64,000 bases of DNA, from assembly GCF_018350175.1 (NCBI RefSeq), contig NC_058368.1:151282001-151346000 (forward strand), given 5' to 3'. A program made the position numbers and the translations under genes. The DNA comes from Felis catus. Lineage: Eukaryota. The notes under the pieces were generated by a model. That model did not search any database. It had not been told where the DNA came from and saw only the letters and a program-made list of their open reading frames with translations. Of this stretch, positions 15,335-28,659 are shown piece after piece; positions within the stretch are counted from its first letter, which is position 1; each line of letters opens with the position of its first letter.

Positions 15335-16130
15335 AGCTATATGTATAAAAAGGAATATTAGTAAGCCATGAAAGAGGAAATCCTACCGTTTGTAATCTCT
15401 AACACGGATAGACCTTGAAGACATTATGCTCGGGGCGCCTGGGTGGCTCAGTTGGTTAAGCGGCCGACTTCGGCTCAGGTCATGATCTCACGGTCTGTGA
15501 GTTCGAGCCCCGAGTCGGGCTCTGTGCTGACAGCTCAGAGCCTGGAGCCTGTTTCGGATTCTGTGTCTCCCTCTCTCTCTGCCCCTCCCCCGTTCATGCT
15601 CTGTCTCTCTCTGTCTCAAAAATAAATAAACATTAAAAAAAATTAAGAAAAAAAGAAGACATTATGCTAAGAGAAATAAGTCAGACAGAGAAAGACAAAA
15701 ACTGTATGATCTCGCTTATGTGTGGGATCTAAAAAACAAAATAAAAAACCCACCAAACTCATAGAAAAAGAAATCAGCTTTGTAGTTGTTACAGGTGGAG
15801 GGTGGGGGGGGGGGTGGGAATTGAAGGAAGGTGGTCAAAAGGTACAAACTTCCAGTTATGAGATATAAATAAGTACTAGGTGTGTAACGTACAACATAGA
15901 GACTTTAGCCAACACTGCTGTATGATACACAGCAAAGTGGTTGAGGGAGTAAATCCTAAAAGTTCTCATCACAAGGAGAATTTTATTCTTTTCTTTTTAT
16001 TGTATCTATATGAGATGATGGATGTTAGCTGAACCTATTGTGGCAATCATTTCATGATATATGTGAATCAAGCCTTCGACTTATATGGTGATATATATCA
16101 ATTATTTCTCAAAACTGGAAAAAAGATTAA
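15335..16130 (+). mobile_element. LINE-1 3' end (same type as 4641-5842), interrupted by a SINE
   Basis: gacattatgctaagagaaataagtcagacagagaaagacaaa, ggtggtcaaaaggtacaaacttccagttat and aacctattgtggcaatcatttca closely match the reverse complement of the 4641-5842 copy. Confidence 0.88.
15431..15654 (+). mobile_element. Can-SINE (SINEC_Fc-type, young) inserted in L1
   Basis: Perfect 14-bp TSD GAAGACATTATGCT at 15417-15430 and 15655-15668; CpGs retained. Confidence 0.97.
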
Positions 16131-16441
16131 ACATAGAAAAAACTTCAAGGCTCTGATACTATGTGATTTATATATTTAATTAAGATAAGGGAACAAACTC
16201 TTACAGTGTTTACTATTAATGGATATTATCTTCAGGAAAACAATAAAACTGCATTTCTTTTTAGACACAATTTATAAATCAGAATATTGGACTATAGCAT
16301 ATGTTTTTCTCTTTGTGGAATCTGATTAAAATCAGTTTTACTGCATAGAGATTTATTTTCACAGGACTTTCCCACAAAGGCATTTTCCCACATATCAAGC
16401 AAATGTTGTGGCCATGTCACATTCAGAATTTGAGATTCTTT

Positions 16442-16526
16442 CAAAAGATTTTTTTAATGTTTATTTATTTTTGAGAGAGAGAGAGAGACACACACACACA
16501 CATACAGTGTGAGCAGGGGGAGGGGC

Positions 16527-16558
<32 letters not shown>

Positions 16559-16691
16559 CACCGAATCTTAAGCAGGCTCCAGGCTCTGAGCTGTCAACAC
16601 AGAGCCCAACGCAGGGCTTGAACTCACAAGCTACGAGATCATGACCTGAGCCAAAGTCAGATGGTCAACCAACTGAACCACCAGACACCCC
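16442..16691 (-). mobile_element. Can-SINE with expanded (GA)n/(CA)n
   Basis: TSD tgagattcttt at 16431-16441 and 16692-16702. Confidence 0.93.
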
Positions 16692-16718
16692 TGAGATTCT
16701 TTTTAAAAATGAGAGTAG

Positions 16719-16939
16719 CGGGACACCTGGGTGGCCCAGTCAGTTAAGCGTCCGACTTTGCCTCAGGTCATGATCTTATTGCTTGTGAGTTTGAGCCCCG
16801 GGTAGGGCTCTGTGCTGACAGCTCGGAGCCTGGAGCCTGCTTCGGATTCTGTGTCTCATTCTCTCTCTGCCCCTCCTCCACTTGTGTTCTGTCTCTCTCT
16901 GCGTCTCAAAAGTAAGTAAATGTCAAAAAAAATTTTTTT
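16719..16939 (+). mobile_element. Can-SINE
   Basis: TSD aatgagagtag at 16708-16718 and 16940-16950. Confidence 0.94.
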
Positions 16940-17144
16940 AATGAGAGTAGAAGATTGAAACAAACAAATGATACATTTCTATTGAAAAAGCTTTACACAT
17001 TTGGAATGCGGTTTTTATGCTACTTTTGAACTGTGGGAGAAATTGAAGAATATTTACCATGTATTTTTGTACCGAGGTGTATAATTGTGATATTTGTACC
17101 ATGCGTAGATTGTGATTGGCAGTAGCCAAAGGTTCCAGGGCTAG

Positions 17145-17470
17145 TGTGTTATTAGTTCCATGTAGTCACCCATGCCTCGGGACTCTCTCTGCTCCACAGC
17201 TGTGACAGAGGATGTTTTATGCAAATATGACCATGTTAGGCAGAAAGAGTAGGGAAAGGAAAATGACAAGTGCATGTGCTAACATAGTCAGCCACACCCA
17301 GTAACTTCTGCTCCCATTTGATTGGCAGAACTTAGTCTTAGGACCTCCCACCTGCACAGAAGTCCGGTAAATATAGCTTTTAGCTGATCACCATTGCAAC
17401 TCCCAACTAAACTGGTTTTGCTGGTAAGAAATAAGGAGTAAATGACTACTGTGTAGGTACCTAGTCATCT
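17145..17470. mobile_element. Old MaLR LTR relic (MLT1J/K-like)
   Basis: acttctgctcccatttgattggcagaacttagtc ... aaatatagcttttagctg resembles MLT1 consensus segments. Confidence 0.45.
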
Positions 17471-20049
17471 CAGCTGCAAGTCTCAAAAGATAAAAAAAAG
17501 TAATCTGGCTCAGAGTTTCAAAACAGAACCGTGAGACATCTAAGTGGGCACAAAGTATAGAAAATATCTAAGAGGAAAGTTAGGCTTATTGCCTAACTAT
17601 ACTACATTGTGACAGTGTCTTCCATATTTGTTGGCTGAATTCATTTGAGCTACCATGAGGTAGACAAAACCTGGAGCAGCAGTTAGGAGAAAGGGATTCC
17701 ACTCTATTTATTACTTCTAGTAAATTTATCTTTCAGAGTTCCAGACCACATTCGCGCTCTTAAATTTTTTCTTAAAACACTATGGAACACTTAGTTCAAA
17801 AGATGTCACTTGTGAAGAGTTAAGAGCAGCACCACCTGGACTGAAGAACATGTGTGGTGGTAGATCGGAAATCCCACTTGGTTCTCCTCCCAAAGCCTCC
17901 CTGAGAAGAGATCGTTCCTGGATTTACTGTTCCATATGTCATTTGTAAGCAGGGACCAAACCCCAGTTGCCCTGAGGAGCCATGTAGTACCACTTGGAAT
18001 ACATCTAGGCTTTGCTCTAACTATACATAAAATGCACCATTCAAAACATTATCTTTTTTTTGTTGTCAGCAAATGAATCGCATTTCCCTGTTTCAGCTAT
18101 TTGTTTCTATTGGTCTCTGTTTTGTAAACTTCTTAGTACATTCTTTTCAAGATGTGGAAATGGTATGAAACTCCTGGGAACTTCTCAGAAGTTTGCAATT
18201 TGGATTTTTGCATTATCCCTCAATTTGTTTGGCCTCCTACATGGATTTTTAGCTTTCTTCCCCCCCCCCCCATCTGCCCAATACTTAATTCACATTTACA
18301 ACATCACACATAGCCCATGGGGGGAGTAGTAATGTTTTTGCTTTAAAGGTCACCATAACAGGAGGTCAGTGAAAAACCAAACATGGCTTTAAAAACATGA
18401 GAACAGAAAGACACCCACAAGACTGGGCATGTGGATCGAGTGCTAGATGGGTGGTCAACCCAACTCAGACAAGCCAGCAATAGTCCAACCACATAACAGA
18501 CCAGGAAACTCCAAAGTTGCTAACTAAGAAGCTGGTTTTATGTTATTTAATTTTTTTCCCAAGAATTCTATTTCCAGTCACTACTACCGAGGGGTAGAAA
18601 ATATGCTGATTTCTTGTGTTACTTCATACTGGCCTTTTATATAAGGTGATTTTATGAAGATATAAAATGCATTTACATTTTGGAGTTTTATGAACAGAAA
18701 ACAATACTTAACATTTTCCTAGTATACCATTTTAAATCACCATAACTTTTCCTTAATTTTTGTGTAATACATGTTTAGAAATTAAAAGTAAACTTCTAAT
18801 GAACTAGTGGTTAGTATATTTTCATTAATTTAATCTTTAATATTCTGAGTAGAATCTTAGACTTATAAAATCGTATCATTTTAAATTTGCCTGTTAAATC
18901 ACAGTTTGATGGAGTATTTCCTTTTGGGGATGGAATCACAAGTTAGAGTTAATCATATTTAAAACTTTTCAAAATTAACTTGTAAATTGGAATTTATAAA
19001 GCGTCTGACTTGCTAAACTTTTTGCGCCCATTCACACAAGAAAATGTGACAGTTTGGCTTTTAATCATTAAATAAAAACCCCAACATGCTTGTTTAGTTA
19101 CTAGACCCACTATATAGACTCTTTGGCATTCACATCAATTGATTTATTTCGGTCATTCACCCTTAAGATGGAGTTAGAGGCAGTACTTCATTCACATACA
19201 AAAAGTTAGAGTATGGGATAAAAAGAATGTCCATTACTTTGTTATTTTTTTTAAATCATAATAGAATATCTCTGGCTCAGATCTCTTTTCCTTATTTCCA
19301 GACACATATATAGAAACTCCTTGACATATGTGATGGAATTATTATTGGAGAAACATGAGTAATCCAAAAGTGCGTTTATCAAAAATAATTTTCCCATAAG
19401 AAATCATGGCAAAAGACCCATGATATAATTTTCAAAGCTGTGTAGCTGCCTATTAATTTTCTATATGTGGGTAGACTGACCCAAAACACCCGGGACCACA
19501 TTCCTTCACCTCTGGGTATGCCCAGAAGAGAAGATTCATTTCTATCCCTTTTGCCCTTACCTTGTTGTGCCCTGTGGAGCGCTGGCCAATAAACATAGCC
19601 CCAGGGAAAGATTTCCATGACGTGGTTTTTAATTTTTAATTTTTATTTTTTGGTCTCTTACCAAACTTCCCAGGAAGCAAGACAACTAGAACATAGTTTT
19701 GCTGCTATAATTCAAGGCTAAATGAAAAGCGATTGAAATTCCAAAAGCATATTTTGCAGTGTGGATATTTCAAGCACAGCGCAAACTCCCATCAGCCAGG
19801 TATATTACTACAAAACTATACAATGGGAAGTCTACAGTTAGCAGCAGGCTTACAGTGCACTAGCTGGTTTACTGCTTGCAGTGAGGACATGCAGTTTAGA
19901 CTGAAATTAGGGCTGGGTAGCAGGGTAAACTGTATAACTATAGAAACCAAGAAGTATGCTCTACTCGATTTTCTAGCAGCTGTCTCAGCTTGCCCCAAAC
20001 TGGCCCCGGTATCTTCCCTCCCAAACAGGCTCATCTCTCGGGATTTCCT

Positions 20050-20886
20050 ATCTCACCTGATCTTCTGTGATAATCTCTCAACTGCTTCTCCTGTGTCCTT
20101 TACACTTGGGCCAGAAGGACTTTTGTAAAACACTAACCTGATCCAGCCACTCATCTGGTAAAAATTTCCGAAATGACTTCTCATCATTTTCAGGGTAAAA
20201 TTTAAACATGTTATAAGAGGCTGTTGATCATCAGGATCTGCCTGCTAGTCCAGTGTCATCCCTGTCTCCACCTTCATGCACACTCCAGGCCCCGACTACA
20301 TCAAAAGCCTTACGTTTTCTTTTTTTTTCTTTTTTAATGTTTATTTTTGAGAGAAAGAGAGAGAGAGAGGCAGAGAGGGAGGGAGACATAGAATCCAAAG
20401 CAGTATCCAGGCTCCAAGCTATCAGCACAGAGCCTGATGCAGAGCTCTAACCCATGAACTGTAAGATCATGACCTAATCGAAGTCAGATGCTTAACCGAC
20501 TGAACCCCCCCCCCCCCCAGGTGCCCCAAAAGCCTAAAGTTTTCTAAAAGCACCACCAGGCTCATGCTTTCAGGCTCTAGCATCTGTGGTTCCTATTGCT
20601 TGGAATTCCTTTCCCCTTTATTTGGCCTTGGCTTAACTCATAGTCATCCTTCAAAACTTATTTAAGTTTGACCTCTTCTAGGACGCGTTCTGGGAGTTGT
20701 CTCTGGCACACCCTCGCAGTTTCTCTAGCATTTTCCAACATAACCTACCTCAGGTATTTGTCCTTGTCTGTGAATTCACTGGTGCTCCCTGAAGATAATA
20801 TATGTTTGTGTATTAATATTCATAATGTATAATTTGGTGCTCACTCTCAGTAGAAGCTCACTAAGATTTTGTGGAATGAGTGAATC
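20050..20886 (+). mobile_element. L2 relic, interrupted by a SINE
   Basis: Pyrimidine-rich L2-like body ending in ...ttgtggaatgagtgaat. Confidence 0.65.
20321..20527 (-). mobile_element. Can-SINE with C14 run in head
   Basis: Degenerate TSD aaaagccttacgttttct (20303) / aaaagcctaaagttttct (20528). Confidence 0.92.
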
Positions 20887-21859
20887 ATTAGAAACTATAT
20901 GGTTAAGCTTCAGTCTCTCGGTTAGTTCGGAATGGGTTGTTCAGTAGTTTGTTTCTTGGGAGATGTAAAGCCAAGACCACAATCTATAGCCAGATGGACT
21001 ATATTTTTTGTTGGATATGTGAACTGTGAAAACTAAGGAGAGTGCATATAAGCCAACTTAAATTGATCTCTGGGATAAGTAGATCCTAAGAAGATTCAAT
21101 ACTAACGATAGTTGTAGTAGCAGAAATGGGGACCCATTAATTGCAATGATGGATGTTAAAAACGAAGTTGTGATGTGGTGCTATGGAAAAATTAATTTAA
21201 ATATTTTCCATTTGGTGTATTCAGGAATAATAAAAATTATAGAGAAAGTACAAAGTCTTTAGTCTTTGTTATTTTAAAAATAATAATCAAGTGAGAAAAG
21301 AAAGATACCAAGTAACTGGCTAGGGTGGTGTTTGGTTAATAATTCTTCCTGACATTTATACACTTATATAAATTGTGTGAATTTCCAATAAGTAGAAAGC
21401 AGTCATTGATATTGTTTATCTAATCTTTTTTATTACAGATTCTCTAAACATAAGTATGCCTTTAGGGAAAGAAAGGGGAGCATGGAAGCCATATGAAAAA
21501 AACAAATGGATTCTAAAGTATGAACAAAGTTTAAATGAACATCATGCCAGACTTCAGGGATTTCTTGTTTGATTTCTCAGTAGTATTAGCTAATTGTTTC
21601 TTCTAATACCCAAGTCCTTGTAGGATATGAACCCTCTGAACCTCCTAGGACTCCACAGTTTCTATCTCATAAGTCCTGAAGAAGTCGTGAGCTTGATTTA
21701 CAAGGTGAGCCAGCCCACTCTTCTCCAATCTGCCTCATCTGTATTTTCTTCAGAATTAATTATTACGGCCTTTTTAGCCACTTTCCATTTGAGTCTCAAG
21801 AAATAGCCCTTAATCATGGTCAATCAATATCATCAAACAACTGAAACAAATTCAGATTG

Positions 21860-22700
21860 GTTCAGTTATTTCATTTGCTCATTGACGATAATTTCTAGAT
21901 ACCATACCAGGTGATCAATAGTTTAGAGGCGGAGATGAGCTTCTGCGTAAGTATTTGTTGACCAATAATGTATGTGTCATAGAAGTATGTCTAAGAAATG
22001 GAATTGATATGGGTAAGAATGTGATTAGTTTGGAAGAGAAAGAGGGTAGACAGGAAGGACCTCACAGAAGAAGTGGATGTCTTAGCAAGGTTTCAAAGAG
22101 TCAGTTGAAGTTTTGCCGGCAAATGAGGTGGGGAAGAAATTCTAGGAAGAAAGGACAGCATGGACAAAGGCTCAGAGATGTGAAACAATGTACTATAGTT
22201 TGAGGAACTGGAGTATAAGATTAACAAAAGGGGAGTTTTTAAAAAAGGAGAATGAGGGGCACCTGGGTAGCTCATTCAGTTAAGCAGCTGACTTCAGTTC
22301 AGGTCACGATCTCATGGTTAGTGGATTCAGGCCCAGCATCAGGCTCTCTACTCTCAGCACGGAGCCTGCTTCCTGCTATCCTATCTCTCCCTCTGTTTCT
22401 GCCCTTCCCCTTTTTGTGCTGTGTCTCTCAAAATAAGTAAATAAACATTAAAAAAAAAAGGAGAATGAAGTAGTTAGGAGGCAGATCATAAAGACTATCC
22501 CAGAATAAGTTACTTGAACCTAACATTGAAATTTACTAGAAACTAGTAGAGCATTCAGTGTGTGTGCTATAGTCCGATTAGATTTGTTTTAATCAATGTT
22601 GATGGGCATGAGGGCATGAGTCTAGAGGCAGAAAGGTTAGGTGGCGCTCTAATAGTCCAGATGTGCTCTGACAAAGGTCATTAGTAGCCCAGTGGCTGGT
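21860..22700 (-). mobile_element. L2 relic, interrupted by a SINE
   Basis: Purine-rich L2-like body flanking the SINE at 22256. Confidence 0.5.
22256..22453 (+). mobile_element. Can-SINE
   Basis: TSD aaaaaaggagaatga at 22241-22255 and 22454-22468. Confidence 0.94.
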
Positions 22701-22899
22701 GTTTTTGTCTTTCTTCTTGGCTGTGAACTGCTCAGTAATAAGTATGTGGTGGTTTCCTTCATCTTTGTTTCTCCAGTGCTTACTACCGTACCTAACATGC
22801 AGTAAATTGTATGGCAGAAAAAAAAAATTCTAAAAGTGTTCTCATTATTCTATTGGACTATGAGAGTATCTTGCTGTATGAATACTTAAAATTCTTTAT

Positions 22900-23113
22900 G
22901 GGAGTGCCTGGGTGACTCAGTCGGTTAAGAGTCTGACTTCAGCTCGGGTCATGTGGTTTGTGAGTTCTAGCCCCGCGTCGGGCTCTGTGCTGACAGTCCA
23001 GAGCCTGGAGCCTGCTTCAGATTCTGTGTCTCCCTCTCTCTGTCCTTCCCCTGATCACGGGGTCTGTCTCTCTCTCAAAAATAAATAAAACATTAAAAAA
23101 ATTAAAAATAAAA
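22900..23113 (+). mobile_element. Can-SINE
   Basis: TSD taaaattctttat at 22887 and 23114. Confidence 0.94.
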
Positions 23114-23504
23114 TAAAATTCTTTATGAAGATAAAATTTTTTTTGTATTAGAATTGCTATAGTGATTTCATTGTGAGTTGCAATCATGAAATTAAGAGGA
23201 TATTTTCTGTATCTTTGACAAGTTACTCTAACATTGGCCTTTAAAATAACAATGATCCAATATTTCTCTCTGAGCCAAACATGCTCTTGCAGTTTCTTAC
23301 CCTCAGTAGTGGCAAAAAATTGATATCAATTAATAGTGTTTTTCATTCCATTCCAGTTGTGGAAAATAGCAGGCACAACAAGTTTGAACAACTAAAGTAT
23401 GTTGAGTTCAAATCTTCCTAGGACTCAGCTCTTTTTCCAACTGCTGGTTGAAATTTTAGGTGAGTTCCCTAGCTTTTTCATTCACTTTTGTGTAAAAAGA
23501 AGGA

Positions 23505-24330
23505 CCCTAGTCACAGATAATCACAGTAACAGTCCCATTTTAGTAATTCAAGTGAACCTCTAATTTGATGTACTGTTAAAAGCCTTTTGGTCCTGCTGCA
23601 GATGAGATGTCCCCGCATCCCCCATCCAGCAGCCCTGGTGATTCGCCTTTCTTTTTTGGGGTGTCGAGGGGGGAGGAGAGGCATGGGGCAGGTGTGCTAG
23701 CATTCCGCGTTGGCTTGTGGGAGATGCTCAGAGGTTGTGAGTTCCTCAGAGGTTCTTCCATGAGAATTGTGCGATCTTCTGCTAGAATGCTTTAATGACT
23801 CCTCAACCTTGGCATCCATTAGGATTCCCCAGCTTCTCTCTGCTAAGGTTGTGTCATCCCTAAAAAAAAAAAAATCCTTTGAAAAGAATCCCTTAGCCAG
23901 CTCCCATCTAAGAGGCTGACATTTGGGCCCCAGAAACATGGACCTCTGCCCTGTTTTCAGGGTCTGAGTGCAGCCGTATCTCTTTGCTCTGCCACTAAGC
24001 AGGCAGCTCCACCTAGTCTTTCGCCTGACGTTTCTCAAGGGTGGAGCAGATCCTTGTTTTCTCTGTCCTCCAAACTTTAGGAATAAATGTCAACCTCTCT
24101 GAGAAGTGCTCTCAAATCCTATGTCATAGGTGAGGGAGATGGAAAATTGCTATAGCCTCCAACAGCTTTCTCCAGAGAAATTATTTTGCCCCATCTAGTT
24201 TCCTCAATTTTGACTCTTCGAGTCCCTTGAGGTGGATGTGAGTCACCAAGTGGCTGTGGTCCACCCCCTCTCAAGTCTTGTATTGGAAGTCTAGTGCCTC
24301 ATTTTGGAATGTGGAAAAAATGCCACCTAT
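23505..24330. mobile_element. Possible ancient hAT (Tip100-like) DNA transposon relic
   Basis: GC-elevated block; the ends acagtcccattttagtaa and aaaaaatgccaccta resemble decayed hAT-Tip100 termini; family uncertain. Confidence 0.3.
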
Positions 24331-24529
24331 TGTTTGATTATCACCAAAACTTTGATAGAAAGGATCTCTCCCTAACACCCTGTTGCACAGGCAATATGAG
24401 ATATATGTAAACCATGCTCATTAACCAGAATACAAGCGATTCATTTACAGGAATTTAAATGCTTACACTTAGCACACAAAAAGCAAATGATATTGAGTAT
24501 CATTTTAAAGATGTAAAATCACACAGAAA

Positions 24530-25000
24530 CCAATCAATTAATTCAACAAAAATTGCCTAGTGTTTCCTAAATGCTGGTATTATCCTAGGTGCTGGATGTT
24601 CAAGAATTAAATATATGGTTCTTTTCCTCATCTAGTGAGAGAATCATATGCTGAAATATGTCCAAAAGTGATCATCATACAATTTAGCATCACAATAGAA
24701 AGATCTACAAAGACCTAAGGGAGATGGAGTGTCTAAATTGAAGAAAAGCTTCACAAGAGACATTTGAACTGGATCTTGAATGAAGATCGGGTTTCCCTTG
24801 GGAAAAAAGGAGGAAAGGGCATTCCATATATATGATGGTTGTGTAAGACAGGGAGAGTTCAGACGGTGTGGTGTGAGAACAATGAAGAAGGGGTGTAGCT
24901 GGGACATAGGCTGCTGTGGTTGTGAGATGAATTTGGAGATTGGAAAGACACTGTTTTATGATGAAGAGTTTCAATTCCTTCCTATAGATAATAGGAAATT
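24530..25000 (-). mobile_element. L2 relic
   Basis: caatcaattaattcaacaaa L2 3' end plus gacatttgaactggatcttgaa body. Confidence 0.6.
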
Positions 25001-25037
25001 TTGCTTTTCAAGTGTTTATTTAAAAATATTATACACA

Positions 25038-25249
25038 GGGGCACCTGGGTGGCTCAGTCGGTTAAGCATCTGACTTCGGCTCAGGTCACGATCTCATGGT
25101 CCGTGAGTTTGAGCCCCGCGTCGGGCTCTGGGCTGACTGCTCAGAGCCTGTTTCAGATTCTGTGTCTCCCTCTGTCTCTGACCCTCCCCGTTCATGATCT
25201 GTCTCTCTCTGTCTCAAAAATAAGAAAAGTTAAAAAAATTAAAAAAAAA
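25038..25249 (+). mobile_element. Can-SINE (SINEC_Fc-type)
   Basis: GGGGCACCTGGGTGGCTCAGTCGGTTAAG head, (CT)n, A-tail. Confidence 0.94.
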
Positions 25250-25891
25250 CTATATACATAGTACGTATAAATATATAGAGAGGTGATCCTGTTTTTCCCT
25301 TTTCCTTTTTCAGGTGGGTCCTCCCTCCTACTCGTATCTCTCTCCTCTCCATCTCCCTCCCCACTGTACCCACATCTTTCTCTCCCAACTTATGTTAACA
25401 CTTCTTTTGTAACCTTTTTTCCCCCTCCATAGTTATATAATCATATTCAAGTATACAGTATGTGATAAATATATCCAGTTTCCACACAGAGTGTTTTGGG
25501 CCATTGTTTGCTTGACAAAAGAATACTTTGCACATTTTTCTACATCTTGCTTTTCTAACTCACCCATTCTTAAAGGAAATGTCTCCAAGCCCATAGAGAC
25601 AGTGCACCATAGGTTTTGTTTTTATTTGGCAGTTTTTAATTAGGGGCTGACATGATCACAATTTTATATCAGAGATAAGATGTTAAGAGTGGACAACGAG
25701 TTTAAAAGTATGTAGAAACTGGAGGAGGGCAATAAATTGAGAGATTAAACAGATAGTAAATGATGGGGCCTACACCAGTGCAGTCAGCTTTGGCAAGGAC
25801 ATCGCTTTAGCACATACAAGCCTCAAAAAATGAATCACCATATAACATATTTCAATACAATGCCAATGGCCACCAGTATCTAATTCTAAAA

Positions 25892-26105
25892 TTAAAAAAA
25901 ATTAATGTTTATTTATTTTTGAGAGAGATAGAGACAGAGACAGAGCGTGAGCAGGGAAGGGAAAGACAGGGAGACACAGAATCCAAAGCAGGCTCCAGGC
26001 TGACCTGTCAGCACAGAGCCTGATGTGGGGCTCGAAGCCACAAACCGTGAGCTCATGACTGAGCTGAAGTCAGACACTTACGTGACTGAGCCACCCAGGC
26101 CCCCC
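25892..26105 (-). mobile_element. Can-SINE
   Basis: TSD taattctaaaa at 25881-25891 and 26106-26116. Confidence 0.94.
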
Positions 26106-27181
26106 TAATTCTAAAAATTTTTGACATTAGATCCTCCAAATATGCTGCTTAGAAAAGGATGGGTTCAGAATATTCACTACCAGCTTAGATGGAGTTTTTA
26201 AAAAGGTTCATTATTTTTCCACATATATCCATATTTCTCTACTTCCTCCCTTATTCTGCACACTTTTTCTACAAAATATTCCTGATCTCCAACTTGTTTT
26301 GAAAGTCAAATGGCTAAATTCGTTGTTAGTTTAGTTTAAAATTCATGCCTACATTGTCTTTGAATAACAACATTTTCCATCTTTCAGTAATATAAATTTT
26401 CCTTAGGTTGCTCAGCATCGGATGTGACCACACTATTTTTACCCTTATTGCAATTATTTCAATCATGTAACACATTCATAATGTCATTTAGTGGCCTTAA
26501 CATATTATAATAAACATTTTCACAAGTTCTCTATATTTATAAACGTCTTATCAAGATCAAAACCAGATAAATGTTACATTGGAATATCCAATATGTAATT
26601 ATCAGTCCTGTTAAACAATTTGGGTTATTCTGCAAATGTAAAACCCATTTATCATAACCATGATGAAGATAGCATGAACTACTCCAACCTTCTGATCCCA
26701 ACTGTAGTTTGTAATATATTATTAATCATAAAGTATGTAGGTTTTAAAATTACTTCTAAAAATGTAAATATTTCAGAAAAATACATAGAATAATAGAATA
26801 TGCATTTTCAAAACTGACAATTGTTAAAAATTTGTCATTTCTGTTCCCCATTAATTACCAGTGTCCATCTCATTTTATTCTTCCTGCCTCCACAGGAACT
26901 CTCTTTTATGAATTTGGTGTGCTTCTTTCTAGTTCATTTTTATCTTAGGTACATATATGTACCATAAATAATTTATGGCCTTTTTTTTTTTGGTTTTGAA
27001 ATGTTCAACAATAGTCGTATGAGTACATTTATAATTTTTTACCTTCCTTTTTAACTCAGTATTATTTTTCAGAGCAATTCTCATGCATAATTAAATCTAT
27101 TTTGGTAGTACAAGCAGTACCCCAAGGACTATGCATGTTCCTGTCTCCGTGGACATATATTTAATAGTTGTCTTTTACCAA

Positions 27182-27465
27182 TGTTATGACCTGAATGTTT
27201 GTTTCCCCTTCCCCCTCTAAATCATATGTTGGAGGCCTAATCCCCAATGTGATGGTGTTAGGAGGTGGAGCTTTGGAGGTAATTGGGGTTGGATTAAGTC
27301 TTGAGGGTGGGGTCCCCATGCTGAGATGAGTGCCTAATTAGGAAGAGGATGAGATAAAGCAGCTCTTACTCTTTCCCAGAGAACAAAGAGGTCATGTGAG
27401 CACACAGCAAGATGGTGGCTTCCTTCAAGCCACAAAAGAGCCTTTCTGCAGAACTGAATCATGGT
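27182..27465 (+). mobile_element. MaLR LTR (MLT1A-like), 3' truncated
   Basis: tgttatgacctgaatgtttgt ... cctaatccccaatgtgatggtgttaggaggtgg. Confidence 0.8.
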
Positions 27466-27471
27466 ATCTCA

Positions 27472-27600
27472 TTTTCTTCCCAGCTTTATTGAGATATAAT
27501 TGACATGTAACATTGTATAAGTTTAAGATGTTTCTTGTTTTGATTTGATACACTTACATATTGGGAAGTGGCAGGAGCTAACACCTTCATCCCTTGACAT
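27472..27600 (-). mobile_element. Short L1 3' fragment
   Basis: cagctttattgagatataattgacatgtaacattgtataagtttaag is an L1MA9-like terminus. Confidence 0.7.
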
Positions 27601-28659
27601 AAAAATGGTATCTTGTTAGTGTTTAAATTTACATTTTCTAATTATGGATGATTTTACTTACTAATTGCTTATTTATTTAATGTGTATAGATTTATACATA
27701 TGGATTTAAAATCCTAAATAGAAACATTGATCTGAAGTGATGCTATACGATGAAATGAAAATTGAAATTTACTAGAGAATGAATCCACAACATTGGCATA
27801 CCATCATTTGTCCTAATAACATTTAGATTTCTCAGTTTGCTAGATGGTAAGTATTATGAAGTCAAACTTGTACAGTCAGGATTTAATACAGGAGTAATAT
27901 TTCAGAGCTCAACTTGGGGAAGAGAACCTGTATTTAAGGCAGAGGACTATTTGGTTGTGAAATAGCAAAATCATAATCAGTTATAAAGACAATTGAGAAA
28001 AGGTAAAGGCCTAAGAAGGGATTCATTTCTTTTCTTCTTTTGAGCGATTTGTTTGAGTTTATATAAGTTCTTTTATAAGTTCTTATACCTTCCAAATTTG
28101 AATAACTCTTTGTGTGGTTAAAAAGGAGAATTGAAATGAGAATGAAAAGTACTGGTCTCAAGTGGTAGCTGAGCACATCTGATGAAGTCTTTGCTTTCCT
28201 ACTTACCACACAACTGACGGAAACATGGACTAGAAAAAAAAATGACCATTTAAAAAATAGTGTACATTGTATGCAGAATGCCTTGTATGTAAAGAAATAG
28301 GGTATGGTTTGAAATGGCATTTAAATTGGCCTTTAAATCATAATTAATTTTCTTTTAAATGAAGCTTTAAGAGAAAAAAATTTTGCTCCCATGAAATAAA
28401 AAGAGCCTGGGGAGACTATAGGAAGTTCAGGGTGGTCCATATAAAATAATGATCACTATAATGCAAAATGGGATCCATTTTTCATGGAACCTGTACAAAA
28501 TTTGTTGATTGTCAAAAAAGAGTACTTCTCCCATAATAGAAAACTACACCTTTGTAGGAGGGAGTGGTTTTTTTGTGTTGAGTGCATTTTAGAGAGTCAT
28601 CATGAATGAGAAAGGAGGGAAGGAGGGAAGGAAGGAAGGAAGGAAGGAGTAATAAATTC

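Noticed and set aside
19733..20128. 131-aa ORF, longest in the track
   Set aside because: Non-ATG start, no recognisable domain, runs into an L2 relic
23697..23860. Minus-strand acceptor (T-run + AG) followed by an open frame
   Set aside because: Lies in a probable transposon relic; no recognisable protein or partner exon
27934..28320. 128-aa ORF
   Set aside because: AT-rich low-information peptide with no homology recognised or splice context
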